A DNA stretch of 64,000 bases from Arcobacteraceae bacterium. GTDB taxonomy: Bacteria; Campylobacterota; Campylobacteria; Campylobacterales; Arcobacteraceae. This document shows positions 8,914-18,949 of this stretch, one piece after another. The DNA lies in assembly GCA_048268245.1 (NCBI GenBank), contig JBLWVX010000010.1, forward strand, positions 9,961 through 73,960, given 5' to 3'. The notes beneath the pieces were generated by a model, which saw only the letters and a list, made by a program, of their open reading frames with translations, did no database searches and had not been told where the DNA came from. The position numbers and the translations under genes were made by a program. Position 1 is the stretch's first letter. The number at the start of each line of letters is the position of its first letter.

Positions 8914-9778
8914 TTTATCTATAGTAAATGATGATTTTTTAGAAAGCTATTATAACTCTATAAATATAGAAAATATAAAAAAAGAGCTTAGTGATAGAAA
9001 ATATAAAAAAATCACTGATAATTTAGAACTTCTAATAAAAGCCGATTTAAGTGAAATTAAAAGCAAACTAAATTTATGTGATAGCTATTCATTTGAAGAA
9101 AAAAAAGAAATCAAAAAAGCTTTTAACTATTCAAACCATAGACAAAATGAAAAATTTATGGAACATTTCAAAAAGTTAAATATAAGAAGTTGCCCTTTTT
9201 GTAACAACAACTATGTATACTTTTACAAAAAAAAGAAGGATAAATATAATACAATAGCAACACTAGAACACTACTATCCAAAATCAAAATACCCTCATCT
9301 ATCTTTATCTTTTTATAACCTCATTCCTTCATGTAATACTTGTAATAGCAAGTTCAAAGGTAATGATAGTCATGAAGGAAATATACTTCATCCATATTTT
9401 GAAGATTTCAGTGAAAAAGTCAAGTTCTATATAAGCGTAAATGCACTTCCAGTAGATAAAGATATAAAATTAGAAGTTAATCTTCACACTGATGATACTC
9501 GAAGTAAAAAAACTATTGATAGGTTCCAATTAAAAGAAGTATATTCAGAACATGATGATATGGCAAAAGAGATATGGAATAAAGCACAAGCATACAATGA
9601 GTCAAGAATTGAAGAACTATATGAAAGTTTTTTCAAAGACTTAAACTATACAAAAGAAGATGTTAAAAATATGGCTTTTTGTAACTATTTACATGAAGAT
9701 GATATTAATAAAAGAAACCATAGTAAATTAACACAAGATATATTAAAACAGTTTGATTTAATAAAAGAGAATAAATGA
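8900..9778 (+). CDS. HNH endonuclease, Septu PtuB-like
   Basis: CPFCN...LEHYYPKSKYP...NLIPSCNTCNSKFK, LHPYFE. Confidence 0.82.
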   Translation: MKQIDLSIVNDDFLESYYNSINIENIKKELSDRKYKKITDNLELLIKADLSEIKSKLNLCDSYSFEEKKEIKKAFNYSNHRQNEKFMEHFKKLNIRSCPFCNNNYVYFYKKKKDKYNTIATLEHYYPKSKYPHLSLSFYNLIPSCNTCNSKFKGNDSHEGNILHPYFEDFSEKVKFYISVNALPVDKDIKLEVNLHTDDTRSKKTIDRFQLKEVYSEHDDMAKEIWNKAQAYNESRIEELYESFFKDLNYTKEDVKNMAFCNYLHEDDINKRNHSKLTQDILKQFDLIKENK

Positions 9779-10623
9779 TTAAAATAGATATAAAAAAGCA
9801 ACTACATGGACAAATAGGTAATATAAACCTAGATGTAAACTTACAAATACAAAAAGGTGATTTTATAGCCCTTGCAGGTAAAAGTGGCAGTGGTAAGACA
9901 ACTTTACTTAGAATACTTGCAGGATTAGAAAGTGCCAGTGGTAATATAGAAGTAAACGGCGATACATGGCTTGATGATAAAACAAGTCTAGCAGTTCAAA
10001 AAAGACAAATAGGTTTTGTTTTTCAAGATTATGCTTTATTTGAAAACATGAGTGTTTTACAAAATCTACTTTATGTAAATAAAGACAGAGATTTAGCTTT
10101 TAAACTACTTGAACTAACTGATTTAAAAAATCTTATAAATAGATACCCAAATAGTTTAAGTGGAGGTCAAAAGCAAAGACTTAGTATATGTAGAGCTATG
10201 ATGAAGAAACCAAAACTTTTATTACTTGATGAGCCACTATCAGCCCTTGACCCTAAAATGAGAAATAGTTTGCAAGATGAGATACTAACTCTTCACAAAG
10301 AGTTTAATACTACAACTATTATGGTAAGTCATGAACCAAGAGAGATATATAAACTAAGCAATAGAGTTATTTTACTTGAAGATGGGAAAGTATTAAATGA
10401 TGGGAAACCTAAAGATGTACTTTTAAAAACACAAGGTTCTCAAAAATTCTCTTTTGAGGGAGAAATACTTGATATTATAAAAGTTGATGTGGTAAATATA
10501 GCTATTATTAGTATAGGACAACAACTTGTTGAGGTAGTTTTAAGTAACCAAGAACTTAAAGACCTAAAAGTTGGTTCTAAGATAAATGTAGGGACAAAAG
10601 CCTTTTCCCCTATCGTAAAATAG
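9775..10623 (+). CDS. modC: Molybdate ABC transporter ATP-binding protein
   Basis: GKSGSGKT, FVFQDYALF, LSGGQKQR, LLLDEP, C-terminal TOBE-like region; mod operon context. Confidence 0.9.
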   Translation: MIKIDIKKQLHGQIGNINLDVNLQIQKGDFIALAGKSGSGKTTLLRILAGLESASGNIEVNGDTWLDDKTSLAVQKRQIGFVFQDYALFENMSVLQNLLYVNKDRDLAFKLLELTDLKNLINRYPNSLSGGQKQRLSICRAMMKKPKLLLLDEPLSALDPKMRNSLQDEILTLHKEFNTTTIMVSHEPREIYKLSNRVILLEDGKVLNDGKPKDVLLKTQGSQKFSFEGEILDIIKVDVVNIAIISIGQQLVEVVLSNQELKDLKVGSKINVGTKAFSPIVK

Positions 10624-10624
10624 T

Positions 10625-11383
10625 TTATGGTAAAGTATTTATTCTATACCCTAAACTATAAATATTTTCAATTCTAAGTTCAGGAACTTTTTTTCTTAGT
10701 CTTGAGATTATATTTTTTAGATTTGTAATATCAGGTGATTTATCATCATCATCTTTCCACAGATAAGATAAAATCTCTTCATTAGTAGAAGTTTTTTCTG
10801 GCACTCTTAAAAGTAAATCAAAAAGTAAATACTCTTTTTTTGTTAGCTTTACAACTTCCCCATTATTTAGTAGTTGATTATTTTGTTTATCCCATATTAA
10901 ATTCTTTGATAGTTTTAACATTGGGTTTTCTAAAATATCTACTTGAACTGATTTATCATCTAAATAAATATCTTTTGAAACTTTATAAATAACTTCAACA
11001 AAGTTATCAAAATCTATAGGTTTTAAAATAAATTGAGAAATTCCTAAGTTTATAAGTTCCATAAGGTACTCTGATTCATTATGTGCAGATAATACAATTA
11101 ATGATTGATTCTCATTTTGATTGTAAATAAGTTTTGTTAACTCAATACCATCCATATTTGGCATTTTTATATCTGTAATTACTAAATCGAAATACTTTTC
11201 ATTTCTATTATAATAATTCATATATTTTTCAAAACCATCTTTACCGTCAACTGCAATAGCTATTTCTTTTTGAAAAATATCTTCTAATAACTCTTTTGTT
11301 TCTTTTCTGATAAATTCGTCATCTTCAACAAATAATACATTTATGTCTTTAGAATATTTTTCTAAAAGTATATAATCAATCAT
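10625..11383 (-). CDS. OmpR-family response regulator
   Basis: VEDD, DLVITDIKMP, SAH, ILKP receiver motifs; winged helix RLRKK...GY. Confidence 0.92.
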   Translation of the reverse strand: MIDYILLEKYSKDINVLFVEDDEFIRKETKELLEDIFQKEIAIAVDGKDGFEKYMNYYNRNEKYFDLVITDIKMPNMDGIELTKLIYNQNENQSLIVLSAHNESEYLMELINLGISQFILKPIDFDNFVEVIYKVSKDIYLDDKSVQVDILENPMLKLSKNLIWDKQNNQLLNNGEVVKLTKKEYLLFDLLLRVPEKTSTNEEILSYLWKDDDDKSPDITNLKNIISRLRKKVPELRIENIYSLGYRINTLP

Positions 11384-11455
11384 TTATCTTGTCCCTTTTA
11401 ATACAATAAAACATTATATGTATTATAATACATTTAGATTATAAAGGAATTATAT

Positions 11456-12505
11456 ATGGAAAAAGATAAGACAATTTCCTTAGAGTTGCATAATATTTTG
11501 GACAATACTATAGAAGGTATCATAATTATTGAAGATGGATTTATAAAAAATGTAAATAAATCTCTAGTAAATATACTACATTATGAAAAAGAAGAAGAGT
11601 TGATTGGTAACTTAGCAACAGGTATACTAATTCCTACATCAAATAAAAAGTATATTAAATATAATAGTAGAACATTTCAAGAAATATCACTTATCACTAA
11701 AGATGCTACTATCATACCAGCAATTATTAAAATCAAATCTATTACATTAAATAATAAGAAGTGTAAAATGGTATCAGTTTTAGATATGAGTGAAATAAAA
11801 GAAAAAGAAGATATGTTAATTGAACAATCAAAACTAGCTGCAATGGGTGAAATGATTTCAGTTATTGCTCATCAATGGAGACAGCCTTTAAATACAATCG
11901 CAAGTATTGCTACTAGACTTAAGATGAAAGTAAAAATGAATAGTTTAACAAATGAACTTGTAGAAGAAAAAGCTGATGAAATCAATAACTACTTACAGTA
12001 TATGTCTAAAACTATAGATGATTTTAGAAACTTCTTTGAACCTCAAAAAGAGCAAACTCCTGTAACAACCCTAGCTTTAGTAGAAGATACACTCAAAATG
12101 ATTGGGAAATCCTTTGAAAATCAAAATATAAAAATCATTGTGGAAAACAAAAGATATTCAGCTTTATACCTACATAAAAATGAGCTTTTACAAGTCTTAA
12201 TAAATATCTTAAACAATTCAAAAGATGCTTTCTTAGAAAGGGAGATTAAAGAAGCTAAAATAAATATCTCTTTTGATGAAAAAGATACTTATCAAATGAT
12301 ATATATAAAAGATAATGCAGGAGGAATACCTAGTGAAATTATTGCAAAAATATTTACTCCATATTTTACAACCAAAAAAAGCAAAAATGGAACAGGTCTT
12401 GGCTTATATATATGTAAAAGTATTATTGAAAAACACTCAAATGGAGAGTTAAGTGTAGAGAATTATGAAGATGGAGTACTATTTAAAATAAAACTTTTTA
12501 AATAA
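11456..12505 (+). CDS. PAS-domain sensor histidine kinase
   Basis: AHQWRQPL H-box, NILNNSKDA, DNAGGI, FTPYFTTK, GTGLGL. Confidence 0.93.
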   Translation: MEKDKTISLELHNILDNTIEGIIIIEDGFIKNVNKSLVNILHYEKEEELIGNLATGILIPTSNKKYIKYNSRTFQEISLITKDATIIPAIIKIKSITLNNKKCKMVSVLDMSEIKEKEDMLIEQSKLAAMGEMISVIAHQWRQPLNTIASIATRLKMKVKMNSLTNELVEEKADEINNYLQYMSKTIDDFRNFFEPQKEQTPVTTLALVEDTLKMIGKSFENQNIKIIVENKRYSALYLHKNELLQVLINILNNSKDAFLEREIKEAKINISFDEKDTYQMIYIKDNAGGIPSEIIAKIFTPYFTTKKSKNGTGLGLYICKSIIEKHSNGELSVENYEDGVLFKIKLFK

Positions 12506-12517
12506 TACTCATTTTTT

Positions 12518-13216
12518 CTATAAAGTATTTACTACATAGCCTCTATTTGAGGCATTTTTAATCAATGAATTATGAGTCTTCTCTCTTATATGTTTAATAA
12601 TATTTCTTAATGAGTATTTGGAAAAATTCTTATTTCTCCAAACAATTCTTTCAATAGTTTCATATGTAACTAACTGATTTTTTCTCTCTATTAAAAGTTT
12701 AACTAAACTTTTTTCAGTTCTTGTTAGTTTTATTACTCTTCTATCACAAAATAGTTCATCTCTTGCAACATCAAAATAAAAGCCTTTTTCAAACTCTATT
12801 TTTTTATTTTGATTTTGAAAGTTTAAAAATAGTTTTATATTTAAGATAAGTTCTAAGGGTTTAATTGGTTCCAAAAATACTGAATATACATTAGAATTTT
12901 TATACAAAATTTGATTTTCATTTGCTTCATTTTCAAGTAGTATAATAGGTATATTAAATTTATAAGAGAAGTTTTGTTCGAATATATCTGTAAACTCTTT
13001 TATGTTTCTATTTTTTCTATTATCAAATACTACTAAGTCAAATAATGACAATTTATCATAGATTAAATTGAATTTGTCCATTTCAAAAAAAGAGATTTTA
13101 TATAAAGTATCTTCTTGAAATTCTTTTATTCTTGATATTAAACTTTCTTCATTACTTATTATTAATACTGACTTAGGTTTTATACTATTTGTAGTGTTTA
13201 TAAATATATTATTCAT
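12518..13216 (-). CDS. Atypical response regulator (degenerate receiver + winged helix)
   Basis: C-terminal KLTRTE...LRNIIKHIREK...RGY; receiver lacks the conserved Thr/Ser and Lys. Confidence 0.75.
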   Translation of the reverse strand: MNNIFINTTNSIKPKSVLIISNEESLISRIKEFQEDTLYKISFFEMDKFNLIYDKLSLFDLVVFDNRKNRNIKEFTDIFEQNFSYKFNIPIILLENEANENQILYKNSNVYSVFLEPIKPLELILNIKLFLNFQNQNKKIEFEKGFYFDVARDELFCDRRVIKLTRTEKSLVKLLIERKNQLVTYETIERIVWRNKNFSKYSLRNIIKHIREKTHNSLIKNASNRGYVVNTL

Positions 13217-13262
13217 CTTAAGTCCTGTTGGTTATTTTATTTGATTTATTATATTAAATAAT

Positions 13263-13280
13263 CGTATCACAAACGTATCA
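13263..13280. promoter_or_regulatory. OmpR-type direct repeat site
   Basis: CGTATCA-CAAA-CGTATCA, 11-bp period, upstream of the 13216 gene. Confidence 0.45.
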
Positions 13281-13281
13281 A

Positions 13282-13656
13282 TTAATTATTAAATTCCAAC
13301 TTAAACTTTAAACCATCAGGAGTATTCTCAATTGAGATGTTTTTAAACATAACATTATTCTCTTCAAAAACATTATTTTTAGAAGTTTTTGCATTGTCTT
13401 CAATAAGAATATATTTTTTATCTTCTTTTGAATAAACACTCACATAAATATTTATTTTATTGTTTTGCGAACTTCTACAATTATTGATAGAAGCATGTAG
13501 TAAAGTAGAAAGAGTATCAAGTAATTCATTTTTATTAGCGTTTACTTCAATAGATGTATCTATATTTTCAAAAATATTAAGCTCATCTTCTACTGTTTTT
13601 ACTTTTTCAATAGCTGCTTCAACTATACTATCTAATAAAATTTTGTTCTCAGACAT
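13282..13656 (-). CDS. Stand-alone degenerate histidine-kinase ATPase-like domain protein
   Basis: KNELL, IEDNA and ISIENTPDGLKFKL resemble the neighbouring kinase C-terminus; G-boxes absent. Confidence 0.6.
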   Translation of the reverse strand: MSENKILLDSIVEAAIEKVKTVEDELNIFENIDTSIEVNANKNELLDTLSTLLHASINNCRSSQNNKINIYVSVYSKEDKKYILIEDNAKTSKNNVFEENNVMFKNISIENTPDGLKFKLEFNN

Positions 13657-13734
13657 AATTGCACCTTTTACTTTTTCTTTAGTATAGTTATAAAAAGTGT
13701 TACTATAGTATCATTTTGTAAAAGGTGCTATTTT

Positions 13735-14364
13735 TTAATCTATAAATTCAACTATATCTTCTAATTTTTCTCTTTGTTGAGATGATTGCTCATTTATTCT
13801 ATACCCAATAGGTAGTACTACAGATGTTTGGTACTTTGTAGTATCAAGCTCTAAAATTTCATCAAGTTTATCTTTTTCAAAACCTTCTATAGGACAAGTA
13901 TCAATACCTTTAACAGCTGCAGCTGTCATCATATTTCCTAAAGCGATATATGTTTGTCTTGCTGTCCAGCTATAGATGTTTTCATCAGTAGCTAATGTAT
14001 CTTTTAAATGATCAGCATAAAGATTTAAATAGAAATCAAGTTTTTCTTGAGGCATTTGTCTTCTTCCAAATTTTCTTTTTGGAATACCTGATTCTGGTTT
14101 AACACCTTCAATAGCTGCTAGAACAATAACTAAATGTGAACAAGATGTAATTTGTACTTGATTCCAACAAGCAGGTCTAATTTTTGCTTTTAATTCTTCG
14201 TTTGTGATAACTAAAAACTTCCATGGTTCCATACCAAATGAAGAAGGAGATTTTCTACCTACTTCTAAGATAAAATTCATATCTTCATCAGAAACCTTTT
14301 TTGTTTCATCAAATACCTTACATGCATGTCTAAAATCCATTGCTTCCATAAAACTTTTATCCAT
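13735..14364 (-). CDS. NAD(P)H-dependent nitroreductase (NfsB/FrxA-like)
   Basis: FRHACKVFD, SPSSFGMEPW, DTCPIEGF. Confidence 0.92.
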   Translation of the reverse strand: MDKSFMEAMDFRHACKVFDETKKVSDEDMNFILEVGRKSPSSFGMEPWKFLVITNEELKAKIRPACWNQVQITSCSHLVIVLAAIEGVKPESGIPKRKFGRRQMPQEKLDFYLNLYADHLKDTLATDENIYSWTARQTYIALGNMMTAAAVKGIDTCPIEGFEKDKLDEILELDTTKYQTSVVLPIGYRINEQSSQQREKLEDIVEFID

Positions 14365-14374
14365 CGATCAATCC

Positions 14375-14671
14375 TTATAATTCTAACTTTTTTAATTTTT
14401 CTATACTAAAACTTTCAAGTTTATCTTCCATAAAATCAACGCAAGAGATGAAATACTCTTTTTTCTCATGGAAACTTAAAGCCTCTTCGTTTTCCCAAGT
14501 CTCCACAAGAGTAAAAGAGTATTTATCTTCTAAATCTTGATGCAAATCGTACTGAATACAACCTGTGTCATATTTGTTTGTATTTGTATGAAGTTTAACT
14601 AACTGTTCATAAACTTTTTCTAAAAACTCTTCTTTAACTTTTAGTTTTGCAACAATAACAATCTTACTCAT
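14375..14671 (-). CDS. ABM-family putative quinol monooxygenase
   Basis: GCIQYDL...ETWENEEALSFH; adjacent to mdaB. Confidence 0.85.
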   Translation of the reverse strand: MSKIVIVAKLKVKEEFLEKVYEQLVKLHTNTNKYDTGCIQYDLHQDLEDKYSFTLVETWENEEALSFHEKKEYFISCVDFMEDKLESFSIEKLKKLEL

Positions 14672-15267
14672 TATTTATCCTTGAAATTTTTTGCTAATAC
14701 TTGCTTAAATCTTTTTAATTCATCCTCTACATTTAAATCGCTTTTAAATATATCATTTATAGAGTATGTTTCAAGTTGTTTTGCTCCACAAAATTGAAAT
14801 ACTTTATGAACAGCATAATTTGCCTCATCTAAAGATAAACCTTCAAAAAACCCATCTTTATTATCAAACTCAGAAATTGGACAATTATATGTCAGACTTA
14901 ACATATATTTCTTATTTTGCATAAGTCCACCGCTTCCATACTTAAGAGAAGGATCTTTTCTACTTCTTCCATCATTTTCATAAGTTACTTTTCCAACACC
15001 TGCTGAAAAAATCTCATCTATATATTTTTTTGTAAGCCAAGGAACACCCATCCAATAAACAGGGTATTGAAATAAAATATAATCAGCCCAAGCAAATTTT
15101 TCTACTTCTTCTTGTATGTCATAACCTTTATCTATAGCAGTTTGTTTTACTTCAAACTTATTTTCACTAAAAAACTCTTTTGCATTATCTATATAAGTTT
15201 GTGTTAGTTTACCTTCAGCAAAACCTTCATACTTTTGATGTCCGTTTATAATCAATACGTTTTTCAT
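14671..15267 (-). CDS. mdaB: NADPH quinone reductase MdaB (flavodoxin-like fold)
   Basis: QYPVYWMGVPW, DGRSR, YGSGG, KYMLSLT. Confidence 0.88.
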   Translation of the reverse strand: MKNVLIINGHQKYEGFAEGKLTQTYIDNAKEFFSENKFEVKQTAIDKGYDIQEEVEKFAWADYILFQYPVYWMGVPWLTKKYIDEIFSAGVGKVTYENDGRSRKDPSLKYGSGGLMQNKKYMLSLTYNCPISEFDNKDGFFEGLSLDEANYAVHKVFQFCGAKQLETYSINDIFKSDLNVEDELKRFKQVLAKNFKDK

Positions 15268-15394
15268 CTAAATCCTTTTGTTGATTTGGAAAATTATATA
15301 CATAATAAACTTAAATTCCTCTTACTTTACTTTAGGTAAGTAATGGAGTTAATTTGTTTTATGTTATAATTAAAACTGAAAAGGAAATTTAATA

Positions 15395-15787
15395 ATGTAT
15401 ATAGTAAATGATAAAGAATATAAGTGTTCAGTTGCAGTAACATTAGACATTTTTAATGATAGATGGAAATTATCAATCATATGGCACTTATTAGAAAAAG
15501 ATAAAAGATTCAAAGACTTACATGAAAGTATTCCTGAAATTACTCAGAAAACTTTAACAGTAAAATTAAAAGAGTTAGAAGAAAAAAATATAATAAATAG
15601 AGAGGTTTTCCCAGAAGTTCCTCCAAAAGTAGTATACTCTTTAACTGATGCTGGAAAAAGATTGAGACCCGTATTAAAAGAGATGTATGAATGGGGAATA
15701 TCTTATGCTCAAGAACATGGAGAGATTACAAAAGATAATGCTTCTTGTGAAGTAGCTATTTCTCAAAATATTGGCTTTAAAAAATAA
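15395..15787 (+). CDS. HxlR-family transcriptional regulator
   Basis: N-terminal Cys, RWKLSIIWHL, EVPPKVVYSLT; divergent from mdaB, with CTTAC-N10-GTAAG inverted repeat between them. Confidence 0.92.
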   Translation: MYIVNDKEYKCSVAVTLDIFNDRWKLSIIWHLLEKDKRFKDLHESIPEITQKTLTVKLKELEEKNIINREVFPEVPPKVVYSLTDAGKRLRPVLKEMYEWGISYAQEHGEITKDNASCEVAISQNIGFKK

Positions 15788-16683
15788 TGGCAAACTTTGC
15801 TTTAATAGCAATAGCAATTCTTGCTGGATATGTTTTACAAAAGTTTAAAATATTTCCACAAGAAACCTCTAATATTTTAAATAAATATATTATCTATATC
15901 CCCTTACCTGCAATAATTCTTTTGCAAGTTCCAAAGCTTTCATTTTCATTTGATGTATTAATTCCTACTATTATTGCATGGCTAGTTATGGGAATATCTG
16001 CAATTTTTGTTCTGTTTTTTTCAAAAGTTCTATTATGGTCAAAAGAAGTTACTGGAAGTTTACTTTTAGTAGCAATATTAACTAATAGTTCAATTATGGG
16101 TATTCCAATAATTGAACTATATTTAGGCTCAGAAGCTTTACCTTATGTTCTTATATATGACCAACTAGGAACTTTTTTAGCTTTAGCTGCTTATGGTACT
16201 TTTGTAACTGCTTATTATAGTTCAAGTGGAAATATCCATGCTAAAGTTATAGTTAAAAAAATAGTTACATTCCCTTCGTTTATTGCTTTGATGTTTGCAC
16301 TTGCCCTACTTGGTCAAGAGTTTAATCCACTAATTACAGAAGTTTTAACTAAATTTGCAAATACCTTAGTTCCAGTTGCACTTGTTGCTGTTGGTTTACA
16401 ACTTCAATTTAAACTACCAAAAGATGATTTACAACCTTTAAGTATTGCACTTTTAATAAAACTGCTTTTAGCACCGCTTATAGCTTATGGAATTTGTATT
16501 TTATTTGGTTGGTATAATCTAGCTGGTATTACTTCTATTTTTGAAGCAGGAATGGCTCCAATGATAACAGCAGGAGCCATAGCATCAATGGCTGGACTTG
16601 CACCTAGACTTAGTACTGCAATAGTTGGATATGGAATAATATTCTCATTTTTAACAACATATATTATAAGTATACTTATCTAA
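15787..16683 (+). CDS. AEC-family (auxin efflux carrier) transporter
   Basis: NSSIMGIP, IKLLLAP, EAGMAP; multiple TM segments. Confidence 0.88.
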   Translation: MANFALIAIAILAGYVLQKFKIFPQETSNILNKYIIYIPLPAIILLQVPKLSFSFDVLIPTIIAWLVMGISAIFVLFFSKVLLWSKEVTGSLLLVAILTNSSIMGIPIIELYLGSEALPYVLIYDQLGTFLALAAYGTFVTAYYSSSGNIHAKVIVKKIVTFPSFIALMFALALLGQEFNPLITEVLTKFANTLVPVALVAVGLQLQFKLPKDDLQPLSIALLIKLLLAPLIAYGICILFGWYNLAGITSIFEAGMAPMITAGAIASMAGLAPRLSTAIVGYGIIFSFLTTYIISILI

Positions 16684-16797
16684 TAAATATAAGTTTTACT
16701 TAAATATAAAAAAATTTTATATTTTATCCTATTGTTTTTATAAATACTAAACATAAAGATTGTATGATTTGGTAAATTTTTTTATAGGATAAAATAT

Positions 16798-17526
16798 ATG
16801 ATAAAAACAGCAAGAAATTTATTATTAGCATTAGCATTAACAACAGGATTAAATGCTGCTACTGAACTTAGTAAAGATGAAATCAAAAAATTTGAAAACT
16901 TAGAGCTTTTTAAAGGTGTAAATATTAAAGTTAAGAAAGCTTATGACACAGAAAGCCTATACATTTTAAAAGTAAATGTTAAAGGTAAAGTTGATGAAAT
17001 TTATTTAACTAAAGATAAAAAGTACTTAATTGCAGGAGATGTAATCAACACTACGGATGGTTCAAAACTATCAGTTCCAGCTGACTTATCAATAGCTAAA
17101 GGAAATCAAGCTTTTACGTATGGAAAAGGAAATGATGAATATTACTTATTTACAGATCCAGAGTGTCCTTATTGTAAGAAATTTGAATCATATTTAACTC
17201 AAATAGAAGATAAAGTAAAAATAAATGTATTTTATTTTCCTTTAGATTTCCATAAAAATGCTAAAGATATTTCTCTTTATGTTATGAATCAAGACTCAAA
17301 TAAAGATAAAATTAATGCTATGCTAAATACTACAAAAGATACACCAGCATTTAAAAATAGAAAAATAGATGCAAAAAAACTTAAAAGTTTAGAAGCTAAA
17401 CTTGATAAGCAAATAGAAATTGGAAAAGAACTTGGAGTTCAAGGAACACCAGCTGTTTTTGATAAAGATGGAAACAAAGTAAATTGGGTTCAAATGCTTC
17501 AGTCTTATGGAATTAATGTACAATAG
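16798..17526 (+). CDS. DsbC/DsbG-family periplasmic thiol-disulfide isomerase
   Basis: Signal peptide, FTDPECPYC, GVQGTP. Confidence 0.9.
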   Translation: MIKTARNLLLALALTTGLNAATELSKDEIKKFENLELFKGVNIKVKKAYDTESLYILKVNVKGKVDEIYLTKDKKYLIAGDVINTTDGSKLSVPADLSIAKGNQAFTYGKGNDEYYLFTDPECPYCKKFESYLTQIEDKVKINVFYFPLDFHKNAKDISLYVMNQDSNKDKINAMLNTTKDTPAFKNRKIDAKKLKSLEAKLDKQIEIGKELGVQGTPAVFDKDGNKVNWVQMLQSYGINVQ

Positions 17527-17549
17527 TTATCAAAGTAAGGAATAATATA

Positions 17550-18113
17550 ATGAAAATAGCAGTATTTTGTGGCTCAAGTATTGGAAATAACGAAGTTTAT
17601 TCTAATGCAGCAAAACAACTTAGTAAATATTTAGCACTTAATAATATAGATATAGTCTATGGTGGTGGGAATGTTGGTCTTATGGGAGTTATAGCTTCAA
17701 CTGCAATGCAAAATGGTGGAAAAGTTTATGGAGTTATACCTGAAGATTTACAAGATAAAGAGCTTGGTCATACAGGAATCACTGAACTTAAGATAGTAAA
17801 AGATATGCATGAAAGAAAAGCAGCAATGGCTGATATGGCTGATGCTTTTGTAGCACTTCCAGGAGGAATTGGTACTTTTGAAGAGATATTTGAAGTTTGG
17901 ACTTGGGCACAACTTGGATATCATAATAAACCTTGTGCATTTTATAATACAAATGGCTTTTATGATAGTTTATTTAATATGATTGACAATATTTGTCAAG
18001 AAGGTTTTATGAAAAAAGAGTACTCTAATATGCTTATAAAAACTTCTAATGTAGAAGAACTACTTGAAAAAATAAACACATATACTCCTCCAAAAGTAAA
18101 ATGGAAAAACTAA
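17550..18113 (+). CDS. LOG-family nucleotide monophosphate nucleosidase
   Basis: VYGGGNVGLMG, MHERK, PGGIGTFEE. Confidence 0.93.
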   Translation: MKIAVFCGSSIGNNEVYSNAAKQLSKYLALNNIDIVYGGGNVGLMGVIASTAMQNGGKVYGVIPEDLQDKELGHTGITELKIVKDMHERKAAMADMADAFVALPGGIGTFEEIFEVWTWAQLGYHNKPCAFYNTNGFYDSLFNMIDNICQEGFMKKEYSNMLIKTSNVEELLEKINTYTPPKVKWKN

Positions 18114-18143
18114 GAAATAAGTACTTTTATAAGTACTTATTTC
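18114..18143. terminator. Probable bidirectional terminator
   Basis: GAAATAAGTACTT-TTAT-AAGTACTTATTTC perfect inverted repeat between convergent genes. Confidence 0.6.
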
Positions 18144-18937
18144 TATAATAAAGCGTTTATCTGTCTTACTTCCTCTTCTTCTAAACTAAAGTTAGATATT
18201 TCTAAATCTTCTTGCATATGAATTTTTGATGTAGTTCCATTTAAAGGAGTAATTCCCAATTGATTTAAAAATCTATAAAAAATTTGAGGAACTGTTTTAT
18301 CATATTTTATTGCTAAAGACTGTACTTCTTTGGAACTTAAAAGATGAGGATTTGCTGTAAGAGACCAAAAACTTTGGTATGTAATATCTTTTTGTCTACA
18401 AAACTCTCTTATTTGTTTATCATAATCACTATCTTTATAAAATCTATTTTGTACAACTTTTGGTTTTATATCTAGTACATCATATAAATAAATAAGTAAA
18501 TTTAAATCATAACAATTACTTATTCCTATTTGCCCTACTTGTCCACATTGTACAAATTCTTCCATTGTTTTAAAGACTTTTACTAAGTCTTCTATTGGTC
18601 CAAAAGGAGAGTGTAAAATATAAGAATCTATATAATCAGTTTTCAAATTCTCTTTAGATTTTAAAAAAGATTTCTCTAATTGTATTAAAATATCATCAGA
18701 AGCTAAGTAAGGCATATTGCTCTCATCTTGGCCATTTATTGGAGTAAATTTTGTTTGAATAAAAATATCTTCTCTTTTTATACCATTTTTATAGGCATTT
18801 TCTAAACCAACTCCTACTAAATCTTCTCTATAATGTCTTGGCTGGCATGCTGTATCAACAGCTTTGAAGCCACAAAGAAGTGCTTGTTCAACTAATCTTG
18901 AAGTCTCTTCTTTTTTCCATGCTGTTCCATATATCAT
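18143..18937 (-). CDS. Aldo/keto reductase
   Basis: DTA..Y, FIQTKF, YILHSP, IGISN. Confidence 0.9.
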   Translation of the reverse strand: MIYGTAWKKEETSRLVEQALLCGFKAVDTACQPRHYREDLVGVGLENAYKNGIKREDIFIQTKFTPINGQDESNMPYLASDDILIQLEKSFLKSKENLKTDYIDSYILHSPFGPIEDLVKVFKTMEEFVQCGQVGQIGISNCYDLNLLIYLYDVLDIKPKVVQNRFYKDSDYDKQIREFCRQKDITYQSFWSLTANPHLLSSKEVQSLAIKYDKTVPQIFYRFLNQLGITPLNGTTSKIHMQEDLEISNFSLEEEEVRQINALL

Positions 18938-18949
18938 AACTAAACCTTT

